Notes: generated from the sequence alone by a model not told the origin. 64,000 nucleotides of DNA from Psammoneis japonica (GCA_008632985.1 QPGO01000002.1:186001-250000), one strand, 5' to 3'; counted from the first letter of the stretch, positions 37,354 to 50,088 are shown. Numbers and translations are program-made.

Positions 37354-37580
37354 TCAACGGAAAACATGTTTATAAGAATATTTCCGTTGTAACGAGTTCC
37401 TTATCTAATTCCGTAAGAGCGGTGATAATTATCTATATATTCGTATAGTATGTATACATGTTTAAAAAAGAAGTAGTATCAAATAAAAATCTTTCAACGG
37501 AAATTATGCTTTTTATAAAAATGAATATTACTTAGAATTGCAAGAGAAGAAAGATACAGTAATAGGCCATTCAACGGAAA
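37354..37580. promoter_or_regulatory. AT-rich divergent promoter with four CAACGGAAA motifs (MSA/MYB-like)
   Basis: TCAACGGAAA at 37354, 37494 and 37571; reverse TTTCCGTTG at 37381. Confidence 0.6.
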
Positions 37581-37712
37581 CTTTGTTCTTGTTAAAAATC
37601 TAAAATTTTTTGGTGTGCGCATGAATCAGAATCTGATCGTCCTTTCACAGTTGCCGCACCTCTTGCCACAAAAACACAAACTTGCAACCTTCAAGCAGTC
37701 TCCGTCGCAAGC

Positions 37713-38661
37713 ATGAAAATCGCCGCCATACTTGTTCTCATTGCCTCCCTCGCTGTGGCGTCTGCGTCGAAACTTCGTTTCGGAAAGCCTGGTGGTGACG
37801 TGACCGACGAAGCCGAGAACCATGTGAGTCTTTTTGGCACCGTGCGCGACGAGGTCGAGAGGAAGTCATTTGCTGGTTTTTTGGCAGTGCTCTCAATTTC
37901 ATTTCGTCCCACTTTTCTTGTGTTCCCGCCAGGCATCTCATCATCGTGTTTTGCAAGCACACGGTGGCAGCAGTAGAAGCAAGGGCAAGGGCGGAAGCAG
38001 CATGATGGGCTATGGCGGCAGCACCAAGGGCAGCATGGGTGGCTATTACTACGGCAGCAAGGGCATGGGCTATGGCGGCAGCACCAAGGGCAGCATGGGT
38101 GGCTATTACTACGGCAGCAAGGGCATGGGCTATGGCGGCAGCACCAAGGGCAGCATGGGTGGCTATTACTACGGCAGCAAGGGCATGGGCTATGGCGGCT
38201 ATTACTACGGCAGCAAGGGCATGGGCTATGGCGGCAGCACCAAGGGCAGCATGGGTGGCTATTACTACGGCAGCAAGGGCATGGGCTATGGCGGCTATTA
38301 CTACGGCAGCAAGGGCATGGGCTATGGCGGCAGCACCAAGGGCAGCATGGGTGGCTATTACTACGGCAGCAAGGGCATGGGCTATGGCGGCTATTACTAC
38401 GGCAGCAAGGGCATGGGCTATGGCGGCAGCACCAAGGGCAGCATGGGTGGCTATTACTACGGCAGCAAGGGCATGGGCTATGGCGGCAGCAAGGGCATGG
38501 GCTATGGCGGCAGCACCAAGGGCAGCATGGGTGGCTATTACTACGGCTCCTACAAGGGCAAGGGCAGCAAGGGTGGCTATTACCACAGCTACTCCAAGTC
38601 CACCAAGGTAAATCGTGAACTAGATGCCGATAACTCTGTCGAGGAAGACCACGAGTGGTAG
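37713..38661 (+). CDS. Secreted Gly/Tyr/Ser/Lys/Met-repeat protein, cingulin/silaffin-like biosilica protein (279 aa spliced)
   Basis: Signal peptide MKIAAILVLIASLAVASA; phase-0 intron 37824-37932 (GTGAGT..CAG); RVL and REL (RXL) sites flank GYGGSTKGSMGGYYYGSKGM repeats; acidic tail. Confidence 0.85.
38005..38548 (+). repeat. Coding tandem repeat, 60-bp and 36-bp units
   Basis: Near-perfect GGCTATGGCGGCAGCACCAAGGGCAGCATGGGTGGCTATTACTACGGCAGCAAGGGCATG units. Confidence 0.95.
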
Positions 38662-39059
38662 TTGCTCCTCTTTTCAAGAGCGTCACACGCTCAACTGCGG
38701 CATTTGGTAGTGCTGAGGGTCGAGGGATGGTTTATATGTTTTTTAAATAGCAACCACTGGTTTGGCGATGGGAGGCTTGCCATAGAGGAATATCATGTTT
38801 GTATAATAATTGCATTTGCATCTTCCAGTTCTACTGTAGCTTATTGCTTTGCCTCTGCAAGTTTCCATGCTCGACATTGTCTACGAGGTAGCCATAACCA
38901 ACACAGAGACGTACGATGTGAATAAACGAAAGTATTTTTGCATGAAAGGCATGCATTTGCTTTGATGACACATTGTGTTTCTTGATGCGATCAAGCAGTG
39001 TTTGGTGCATAGAGTTTCACCAACACCCGATGCCTCGTGTCGTTTCAAAAGGGTAGTTG

Positions 39060-39705
39060 AAAGTAGTCATGATAATGGTAACAGATTATAACGCTCGAGT
39101 TTTTGCTTTGACGGTGAGTCAAAACAGTCTCTAACTGCGACTCCGTGACGGCGAAGAACGGGACTTTGGTTGGCTGGCTCGCAACAGCAACAGGACGCAG
39201 CCTGATGCAATGGGGAAGGAGGAATTTCTCACAGGAGAGTCTGAACGATGATGGCTTGGGTCGCACAAGCAGATGGATCATTCATGACCATAGCGCGACA
39301 CTCTAGAGAAATCAGGTCGAAAAATGCAGCAAGCGGGCGGAAAATATATACTAGACGCTTGAGAGTGGCAAAACGTAACCCAATTCTCTTACTTGGGTGT
39401 ATTTCAGCAAGCGCTTGAAGCATGCCCACATCTGCCAAACCCAAATCCGTCGAGAGTACTCGCATTCGTGCCGTGAAATATGCATGAAACCGAGAGAAAA
39501 AATCACAAGGATAGAGGGCTGGTTGACATAAGTGCTGTAGTCACATTGAAAACATTAAAAGCCCATCCAATTCACTTATCTGGGTACCACAGAAAATATT
39601 AAAGCCATGCCTCCTCCATCAAACCCTAATGCAAAGAGGGTACCCCCATCTCCGAAGAGAACTCGTTATTCGTCCAAACGGTGGTCGTGCGCAAATGTTC
39701 CAGCT
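39060..39705. repeat. Unmutated paralogue of 31050-31710 (possibly a decayed minus-strand coding segment)
   Basis: See 31050-31710; retains TpA and CpG. Confidence 0.8.
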
Positions 39706-40634
39706 CGGGAAATACAATAGACACGACGAGACATTGAAACACCAAGGAATGTGAGTATCATTTTCATTATGTACGAGACGGATACACCTTAAATCAGAGG
39801 TAATCTTGCCTTCAAACTTCAAAGCGCTCCTCCGCCCCCCAACTCTGCTTTTAGCGTCGCTCCGCAAAAATGTGGACCGTAGCGGATGACGTTCCGGCCC
39901 TGGAAAACACCTGGACAGCAAGGTGTCATAGAATTATTGTCTGTGTGTATCATTTATAGTTTTTTCAAGGAGGGTGTGATTCTTAACTTTCGCTCGCCTG
40001 CGCTGTTGTGGCAATAATGAGGGAAGATGGTGTCGTGAGTCAGAAGACGACAATTGTTTGTACAAACAACGTATTGAAGACAGTCAAAATGAAACGCGTG
40101 CCCCACACACACTGAACACACACACGCGCTGTGCTTTCATATCCTAAAAGGAGCGGGGAGATACTCCTTCTACCTTTAACAGGCGATTCGAACGTTGCAT
40201 TCACCCGTCGAGCTGCTGACAGCTGACAGCTGACAGCAAAAATAGAGCAGTAATGTCGAATTTCGCCAGCAGTCAGAAAATGCCAAATAGGGATTTGACA
40301 CTGACCTTTTTCTCCATCGATTGGTTGTTGATGATTTCCATTGCCTGTGGATTACGACGCGACGACAATGCGTGCAGGGACCGCAACGGGAGGACTCCAT
40401 GGTGGCGACAGCTTCCTCGCCCCAATGAAACTGCGGCCAGCGCCATACTGAATGTACGTGTTTCTACGCCAGTTTGAAATTTTTCATTTCCAAATATCTT
40501 TTATTAGAGTATGTAGGTGATAATTTTGCGACGGCGGTGGGTAATCACAACGCGCGTTGAATACAACGCGCTAGCTCATACTCTCATCATCTCTGCCCTA
40601 TCTGCCTCCGACACACATTGCGAAATTGCACACC

Positions 40635-43600
40635 ATGGCAGACTCTACGGCTTCTGTCGAGCTTGATGAGTCTGGCGGACAAGTACAGTCAGTTTCCGAC
40701 AGCTTGGTGGCAACCGGTAATAACGAGCCCGAGACTTACGACGAGACGACTCCAGCTTCAAATACAAACAATGGCCCAAGCCAACAGGACGACTTGACGG
40801 TCGGATCATCGTCGTCGCCTTTTTCTGCTCTAACTGTTCATGACCACTACAGCGTCAAGATCCCATCCAGTGCACTCCGACTCCGTTCAAGCGTTGTGCA
40901 CGTATATGAACAGCGCAACAAACAGATTCATCTCGAACAGCGTTCCAAAGACATGATGACAGTGAAGAATGTCAGACAAACATCCACCTTTGGTCTGTAC
41001 GCGCTCCGTGCGACATATACCATGGTGGCCTTGTTAATGAGCGGATTCATGTTTGTCTTTTGCTTTCAGATTATTCTCTATCTCTTTTCCGATTTGGCAG
41101 TGGCAACGGGAACAACCGCTGCAGAAACAAGCGCAAAGGTTTGGGAGTTTATTGGGACAGTACTCGCGGTTCCTCTCTATGTATATGGATTGGCCAGTGC
41201 CATGTTGTTGGCCTTTTCCTTTTGTTATGAAGTATGGGGTGGTGGAGAAGAATACATTAAACCATTCTGTCTAGCGTTTCTGGGAATCAAGAGCGGAAAC
41301 AAGAGTGTCGTTGCAGAATGGATCTTCTTCTGGGTATTTCTAGGAATACCGGCGATTGTTGTATTTGTAACTCTGTTTGCCAAGCTCGATGATTGGTGGA
41401 CCATCTCGGCCATGGTCTGGTGCGGTTTGGTGTTGCTACTTTACGTTTTCTTTTGTTTCTCAGTTATCTACTACGAAACAACGTCTTGTCTCAAGTTGGT
41501 GCAAGCCTCAACTGCTTTGGACGACGGCAACGACGAGAAGAATGAGGACGACAATGCTGAAAAGCCAAGTGTTGCCTCGTATTGGAGCCTCCTGTGCCGT
41601 CTGATTCTCATTCGTCAAGTTATTTTTCTGTCAGGTGTCCGGAAGAGCATGTATTTTGTGAACGGCACAGTCAATGACGATATACTCGAGCAAGACGAGG
41701 CAAGAGAAGTACCGTCCCAAGACGACGTCAACGACACTGTGTCGTCCGAGCGCAAAACTCCCAAGAGGAGAAATGCAATTCGAAACTCGGCGGGTCTGTG
41801 CACTCGCCTCACCTTACTTTTGGCAAGAATGAAATGTCGATGCACTCGATGGTGTGGCTTCTACACCAAGTTGGATCCGCCCAGTCGTCTCTACACTTTG
41901 GAAGAGGTGCTTGGAACCAAGTCGTACGTCACGGTGAACTCGTGGTCCTTGGATAAGATTTATTGCCAAATGGGACAAAAGTCTGTCATGGTGCTGGCAG
42001 GTCCATCCGCCTTGCTACCAAACCAAATCAAGTCCAGTTTCATCTGTGCGTTACTTGCTAACTTGTTTGGGCTACTGATTATCATAAGTCTTTTGGTATG
42101 GCTAGACTTTGCTGCTGGAGCCATTATTATCATTGCGCTTTTGGTTGCGGCGTGTATGTTTCCCGGCATACGGACATTTGTGGTAATGTATCGTCTCTAT
42201 CGAGATGTGCAAGGAGAAATTGGCGGACAAGCTAGCGATCAAGATGATGAAGTGGACCTTGTCGCAATGGAAGATCTTGAAAAAGAAGGAGGCGAGTCCG
42301 AAGACAAGCAAGATGGACAGCGGTATCCGCGCCACGGTAAGGAAGACGAAGATGAGGGAATACAACAAATTTGGGAAACGTACCGCGTCACGCGTGCCAC
42401 AAATTCCTTCTGCTGGATCATGTTTATTGTTGGAGTCTTTCTCTTTTTTGCGTGGCCGTTGGTCTCGTTGTTCATAATCGGAAACCATGCCGTGGCATCG
42501 CTTTTTGTCGTTACAGGATTTCTTTCTGCTTTGCAGATTTACATGGATCCTTCTGTCATACTCGCAGAGATTGGATCCTTGGAAAAGAATGCGCGCATGG
42601 GTCAACAAACCGAGGAAGAGGAATGGAAGACAAAATCGCGACTAACCCAGATTCTGGCAGCATCAACCAGAAACGATCGCGCCGAGCCTGGGCGATTGTG
42701 TTTGCGTTCCTTATTCTTGTTTTCCTTGTCATGTGCATCGTCGCAGTTAACCAACACACAGACAACGAGCTATTGGTTCTGATTCTGTGCTTCTCGAGGA
42801 TTTTGAGTACCAACCACTTCCAGATATGAGGTACCCAACCTGCAATCTCAAGAAAGGTCTGGGGATACCCACCGACGTCGAGTCAACTTCAGCGGGTGTG
42901 GATCTAATCGACTATGTATTCCTTGCAAACGTTGCATATCTGAGCCCTTCAGTGACACAGTCATTTCTTGATGGATGGTTCGGGCCAGGATTCGCCAAAG
43001 ATGAACAAGACATCGTAAATGAGTTCAAGAAAGTTGCGACGGACGGCTCGACTAGCGTTACTTACAAACTTATTTCATTTCCTGGACTTTCCCCGGAGTT
43101 TGGAGTCGTCGCTATTCGAGGTTCAGTTGCGATGGCCGACTGGTACGTAGAGTCCCACCGCTAGAGCCCTTGCTTCGAGCATTTCACTCATTGACAGTGT
43201 ATGACCTCTTCACCTTATGCGCTTATAGGTTTGTGAATGCGCAGCTTTGGAGTGCCGCTGCACTTGCGCAAGTAATCCGCGCCTTGCTGCCGCTTGGGCA
43301 ATTGTTCTGGACCCCCATCTTGCACCTTCTTATACGAGGAGCAACTTTTGTTGGTCATTATAGTCTTGATCAAGTTTCATATTACAAAGAGACGACCAAA
43401 TTTGTTGAAAGCTTACAAGGAAGTTCCGAGTTTTCGTTGGTGCATGTCACTGGTCAATCTCTTGGCGGTGGGTTGACCATTATTACCGGTGCGCAAACTG
43501 GGGCACCCGCTATTGCCGTTTCCGGGCCAAACGCTATGCTTTCGCGCCTAACGTTTGAACCAGAGTTGAGCGAAGATGAACTCAACAGGTTGGTCATGAA

Positions 43601-43844
43601 TGTGGTCCCCAATCGGGACATTGTTCCAATGGTAGACGACCTTGCAAATCTGTACCAACGTATCGAATGCCGCGCACCTGAGAATGCACTTTTTGGTTGC
43701 CATGCAGCAAAGCGCTCTCTATGCGAGACTATCTTCACTTGTGGCACCGATTTACGACCTGCCCTGTGTTTCTGCAGTAAAGAATATGGGTATCCCGAGC
43801 CGATACCGACAGGGAACAGAACATTTCAAGATGCCTGCCCTTAA
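40635..43844 (+). CDS. Polytopic membrane protein with C-terminal class-3 lipase domain
   Basis: Many TM segments; VVAIRGS, VHVTGQSLGGG nucleophile motif, DIVPMVD, CH; intron about 43143-43228; frameshifts near 42680 and 42780. Confidence 0.85.
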
Positions 43845-44719
43845 AGAGCATCATCACTTAGTAAGAGCGTGGTCACTTAGTACGTGTTAAAATACTTGTG
43901 GTAGACTAGAAAGCACCGTGCAGAAGGTTCAGTATCCTGACTCATCATGGTAAGTGCCGGCGGATATTCAATTTGTAGCCGGTTTGTTAAAGATTTGCGT
44001 TTGGGCTGGTATGGTCGATGAATGCGCTGCCATCATGTCGTTTGGAGCATTGTTTCGACAGTTTCTGTTTTGATGCTGGATTACACCACGGAGCAAGACA
44101 TCTGCTGTACATACTGTAACATGAATTTCCTTGGTTATTTTATTCCTGTTGCCTTCTCAATATCCATTTGGTCAGAATGGAAAGGAGCTGCAAGTTTATC
44201 TTTCTTCATTAAACAGCCATTTGGAAAACGGAAGCCTGAGACTTGCATCGGATCCATACCCGAGGTTCGCTGGATTTCCTTAATGAAGGGCAAGTGCCAC
44301 AATTAGGAGAAGCGTTGTGGTACCGAGGAATAGCTTTCACAAGTTTAACAAAAGCTGACAAGTGCTACTGACTGAGGCCGGACCTTCTCCTACCATTTCA
44401 GGATATGCAAGAGCAGGAAAGAATAATCATCGCTTCTTGATATCAGCTGCAAACTTCAAACGAACACGTCATGTCCGCGGTGCATCAATCGGGCTCGCAA
44501 TACGTTGCTACTAGGGCTAAATTGTCCTGATAAAGTTTCCTACTAGGCCGTTGGCAATTTTATCCATCTGTTGTCGGTTTCAGACCGTCGTCTACAGATT
44601 ATTTATCCTACCAAGTAAACAAATTTCAACACACGGCAGCCCCTAAATTTGCGACACCCTTTCATATTGACTGGGCCACAATAGAAGTGTACGACCCCAA
44701 GTTACACCTACCCTCTCCC

Positions 44720-45671
44720 CTAGAATCCATCTCCAACGACATATGGATACTTATTGTAGAGTTTCTGATTCTTGAGTGCCCCCAAGGTGAATCCAGCGAG
44801 ATCAACATACGTAACAGGAATTGGACCTGGTTGCTGCAATAATAGAACGAGAAGCGAACATGATTGTCAGTGAACAAACTAGATATACCACAAGTTTGAC
44901 ACGCCAAGTTCAATTTGGAAGACTACCGTACTATATGCAGAGTTCTCTGGCATACTGTACAACAACATTTGCACAAATGACAGTCGTACGTACCGACTTG
45001 GACGCAAAAAGCTGCTTCTTGGATGGTCCTTCCCTACAGAGACCAGGTCGAGTCACGACAAAATTGAAACGTTTGTCCTTTTCGCGCTTCTTTGTTACAT
45101 ACTTTATCACTTCATTGTTATCTTTGACCTTGAGGTTTGGGCCCATGAATACTTGCGAAGCTCTGTTCGTGACGTTGCTCAACATCGGAAGGATTCCACG
45201 TCCATCTATCGACAAAGATGTGGCCTTTAGGAGGGAAAAGATGAACAGGAGGTATTAGAAACGTAAGCATTTTTTTTTAACAAAAACCATACAGTAGCGG
45301 CACACCGATGCTCGTCTCACCTGATACAAAAACAAATAAGGATGGTATTCTCTCATGATTGGATAAAGCAGCTTCACAAACTCAGCCATGAATCCCTCCT
45401 TATACTCTTTTTTCTTTAGAGTGTCACTCGCCATACAAACAACATAATGTGCATCGCAAATAACTTCGTCTATCGCCTCCTCGTCCTTGTAGTCGCCTTC
45501 AATAACAACGAGTTTATCATTCTCGACCTGAATCTCATTGGCTTTGGCGACGAGTACTCTTACAGTGTAACCTGCATCCAGAGCTAGTTTTAAAAACTCC
45601 TTTCCAGTTGGGCTCGTTGCGCCAAACAAGCCGATCATTTCTTCTCCGCTGTCAGAGTCCAGCATTGTCAT
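44720..45671 (-). CDS. NAD(P)-binding Rossmann protein (flavin reductase/BLVRB-like)
   Basis: IGLFGATSPTG, VIEGDY, VVTRPG, VTYVDLA; introns 45320-45225 and 44993-44834; one G-run frameshift in the last exon. Confidence 0.85.
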
Positions 45672-45839
45672 CGTCACGCGTCAAGCTGGGAGGTGTGTTG
45701 TGTTGGCGATGTCAGAAAAAAATGTGGACAAGACCAACGGTCACTTCGCACCTTAAAGAAGCTGACGTCGACGGGACATTCTGGGTCGCGCACAATGTCA
45801 TTGTTCTACGAGACTCATCTCCGACTCCGAGCTTCGATT

Positions 45840-47400
45840 GATTTCCATGTCATTGGCGATGTCAACCCATGCCGCTCACTCGGTGTTTGCCATTCAGCTT
45901 TTAGCAGAAGTGCATTCTCAAACAGCAGCTTTCATAAGCTCCATAAGCTCTGTGGCATGGGGTGACAAACAAACGGCTTCCACGAGGCACTCATCACCAA
46001 CACTTCCCTCCACAGCATGGTGCAGGTGGCTTTGAGGGTGCAAGCACTGGCGAAATGCCGGGCTCCAATGAAGATGACTGTGCCAACACCATCCAGTCCT
46101 TTCTTTAAAAAAAAGCTGCTGTGCTCATGCAACGCAAGTGGAAATCGATCCAGCCATGTGAGCGAGCAAGATGCAAAAGAAAACAAAACAGAGCAAGTGC
46201 GAGAGTGCCTTTTTTAAACACCGGCGCAAAGCCATGTTGGCCAGCAGAAATGTGGAGGAAGAGTTACAAGACACAAAGGGTCAAGCCTGTCCTCACAGAA
46301 TGAGCAGGTGCTGCATGTGCAATCAAGAAAATTCATGCACCAGGCAAATGTTGCTGATTGCCATTTTGGCGCCACCTCAATCGCTTCCTTTTTGGCAATC
46401 ACAAGCCAACATAAATGCCGCAGCTGGTTGTGGCTTTGTGATGGGGCATTGGGTGCTTTCAGCCAATCTGGATGAATCCTGATTCGCCCATCTCTGTGTC
46501 TTCAGGCTGCACTTCTTTTTGAACCGTGCCTGTTTGACAACAATTTTGTCAAGGCAAAGGCAGGCATGATGCAGAGTGTCTGCCAAGAGCTCATGGTCTT
46601 TGAGGCCAATTTCACATTGAGTGCATTGGCAGCAAACTGAGTCAGCACAGAGTTGAGATTCTTTGTCAACTCATTCAACTGTTTTTTTCCAAATCAGAAC
46701 CTGCTCCACTTTCAAACTTCTTGGTGCACTTGTTGCAACCAAGACAAGGGATTTGAATTTGTGCTGGAGATTCATGGTTCATGCTAACAGTGCTGCTGCA
46801 ATCAAGTCTTCTTCCCCTGAAAAAGGGAGCACAGATTGTTGGTGAAACGTCAACAATGTGCTTTGCCACCAGCCTTGCAAGAAAGTGGCTTTCAAAGCCC
46901 CAGGGGAAGGCAGTCATCAATTTGTGGCAGATTTGGACAACCACTGGCATCCTGGAAAGTTTCTCATCATGCTTGCATTGACAAACTTTTGTGTCGCTGC
47001 TTGCCAAATGGCAAATCCTCTGAGCTTTTGTGGTGGGTGCAATGAGTGGCCACCTGAGCATTTGTTTCATTGTTGTTCCAGTGGCAACACAACTGGGCAC
47101 AATGCTTCCAGTGCTGCAGGCATGCCTTCACATGTGGAGCTGAGGGTGTGCAAGGCTGCAAGGCTGTGCATTCCTGCTTGCCAATGGCACTGATGCAGTC
47201 ATGCCTTACAAACTTGACCACATCAACTGCAGATGCCAACTTGAGCATCAATTTTGCCAACAATGGTCTCTTGCCAATTTTCCCAGCACTTGGGATTGAA
47301 TGCCTTTTTCATGCTTTTTGCTGCTGTGCCTCTGCTGCCATTTTTGGCAGCAGCCCAAAGCCCCAAAGAGGACAAAGGGGGGAGATGAAGTCCCCAAGCC
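45840..47400. mobile_element. TpA/CpG-depleted degenerate block
   Basis: Abrupt compositional switch near 45840. Confidence 0.45.
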
Positions 47401-47410
47401 CTCTCCAGAT

Positions 47411-48780
47411 GCTCTCCTGTTGAGCTCCATTTTGCCATCGTCATCAAGCAAAGATGGAAACTGTCACAAATTCCTTTGAAGATTGAGAACAAAATGCACA
47501 ACAATGTGATCAAGAAGTTTCACCACAGAAGCAATCACAGGCCACAGGCATGGCTGGTCGCATCAATGCCAGCATGCGCACACCCTGAGAAACATTCCAA
47601 GAAGGAACAATGAAGTGCAAAATGACATCGAGTGTCGACTTCCTGTTGTTCAGCATTCTGAGCCTTTTTGGTCACATCAGAGCATCCACTCTTGCAGCAA
47701 GGACCAATGACAGCTGATGATCAGACAGTGACCCATCACTTGTGCAACCGCCTGTGCTCACCTGAGAACTGCCACTGGCTGCTCAGGATGCAATGACCCT
47801 CATTCCTTGTTTTCTCCTCTCTTGATGAAGTCCCAAAGCCCTGGGTCATGCTCCAGGAATCCAACAAAAATGCAAGCAATGCTCTCCTGTTGAGCTCCAT
47901 TTTGTCGTCATCATCAAGCGAAGACTGCAACTGTCGCGGATTCCTTTGAAGATTGAGAATGAAATGAACGACAATGCAAGCAAGAAGTTTCACCGCAGAA
48001 GCAATCAGGCCACGGGTGCGGCCAGTTGCATTGGTGCCAGCATGCGTGCCCCGAGAAACATTCCAAGAAGGAACAATGAAGTGCAACATACAATGTCGAG
48101 CATCGACTTCCCATTGTTCAGCATTCTGAGCCTTTGCGGTCACATCAGAGCATCCACTCTTGCAGCAAGGACCAACAACAGCTGACAATCAGACAGCAAC
48201 CCAACACTTGTGCATCTGCCTGCGCTAAAACCTGAGAACTGCCACTGGCTGCTCAGGATGTGATGATGCTCATTCCTTGTTTACTTCCGTCTTGACGAAG
48301 TCCCAAAGTCCTCCAGAGGTCATGCTCCATGAATCCAACAAAAATGCAAGCAATGCTCTCCTGTTGAGCTCCTTGTCGTCTTCGTCATCGAGCAAAGACG
48401 GCAACTGTCATGGTGTCCTTTGAAGATTGAGAACAAAATACAAGAGGATGCAATGAAGGAGTTTCATCAAAGAAGCAATCAGGCCACGGGTGTGGCTGGT
48501 CGCATCAATGCCAGCATGCGTGCCCCGAGAAATGTGCCAAGACAGAAAAACAATGCACAGCGTCACATCAAGTGTCAACGTCCCATTGTTCACATTGTTT
48601 GGAGCCTTTGTGGGCATCTCAGAATGTCCCCTCTCACAGCAAGGGCCAACGACAGACAACAATCAGACAGTGCTGTAGCCTGAAACTTGCACGTCTGCCA
48701 GGCTCACATGAGAACTGCCACTGACTGCTCAGGATGCAATGATCCTCATTCCTTGTTTTCTCCTGTCCTGATGAATTGCG
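47411..48780. repeat. Tandem repeat, about 470 bp x3, overlapping the 3' end of the LRR gene
   Basis: GCTCTCCTGTTGAGCTCC at 47411, 47881 and 48355; CTCATTCCTTGTTT near 47799, 48269 and 48745. Confidence 0.9.
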
Positions 48781-50088
48781 GATTGTTCATCAAGAACCAA
48801 AACATGAAGTTCTCATTGCTGCGCGGACCTGCCAAGACGTGCGGCCAAAGAGCTGCAGGTGCGTCGTGGCGATGCAGCAAGTGTCTTCCTGCTTTGTTCA
48901 TTTGAATGCAGCAATCTACTTCAGCTTGCATCTTGTCTTGCGGCTTCTTGCGCATCGGCACAACAGCACGTTCAATGGAGTGCAACGCATCTCCAATGTC
49001 CTTGGGTGTGGTTGTGAGCGACGAACAACCATCCAAGTCTAGATGACAAAGACTCGGAAGCTCAAGAATTTCTTTTAGAGTTGCAGTCAACTGCTCGCAC
49101 CAAAGTTCCAAGTGCTCCAACTTTGTGAGCAATCCCAGCTTGGGAGGCAGCTCAACCACTTCGAAACACGAGGTGACATCTGACGCAGTGAGATTGACCA
49201 GATTGCTCACGGCGTTTTGCAAGAATTCATCCAAGCCGTGGACGCGGTTTGGAAGTGTGAGTTCTTGCAGCTGTGTCAGCTTCCCAATCTCAATCGGCAG
49301 TTTTGTGAGTTTCTCGCAATGTCTGAGATTGAGTTCCTCAAGTTGCTGTAACTTTCCAATTTCAGGGGACAAGTGAGTGAGGGAGTTGCACTCACGCAAA
49401 TGCAGCTCCTCCACCAAGTTTGTCAATTGCCCCCATTGATCTGGAACCTGTCCAAGAATTTTGCACTCTGGAGTGTGGTGTCTCAGTTGCTGCAGCTCTC
49501 AGATCCCCACTGTTGGCAACTCTTCGAGGCTTTCGCATTCGAAAATGATCAGGAGTCTGAGTTGTGTCAACCACCCAATTCCCGCGGGCAAACTTTTGAA
49601 AGCCCTGCAAGTTTGCAAGTTTAGCTCCTTCAACTTTGTCAAACTGCACATTTCGTCGGGCAGTGTAACAAGGGTGTTCGTGTCACATAAATTGAGTGCT
49701 TTAAGTTGCTGCAGCTGCCCGATTTCAGGTGGGACCCACTCAAGCCCGATGCAGCAGTCCAAGGTCAAAACGACAAGTCGATGCAACAAGCCAATTTTGC
49801 GCGGAAGCTCAGCCACAATGCCCGAGCTCAAACTCAGTTTTCTTGCATTGACACACTTTTTGTGACCTTGTTCATGATCACCGTAAGAGACACAATCGCG
49901 GTTTTCTGACAACGACCGCTTTGACTCTCCCGTGGCTTGTGTCAACGCAGCGAATGTTCGGTCGGAAAGACGATCGTCGTCGTCGTCCACATTGTTGTTG
50001 TCTTGTTCCCTTGGAAACGCATTGTGAGAGCAAGGCACCCACTTAAAGCGAGCGTGTTGATAAAAGAAAAGCGACGATTTCAAATGCC
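48746..50088 (-). pseudogene. Leucine-rich-repeat protein, frameshifted and hypermutated
   Basis: LPxEIGxLxxLxxLxLxxC repeats in two frames; C-terminal MNKAGRHLL..LWPHVL motif; no Tyr in the last 226 aa. Confidence 0.85.

Noticed and set aside
37691..38686. Cys-rich (331 aa) and Ala-rich antisense or alternate-frame ORFs
   Set aside because: Shadows of the coding repeat; only the plus-strand spliced frame has a signal peptide and RXL motifs.
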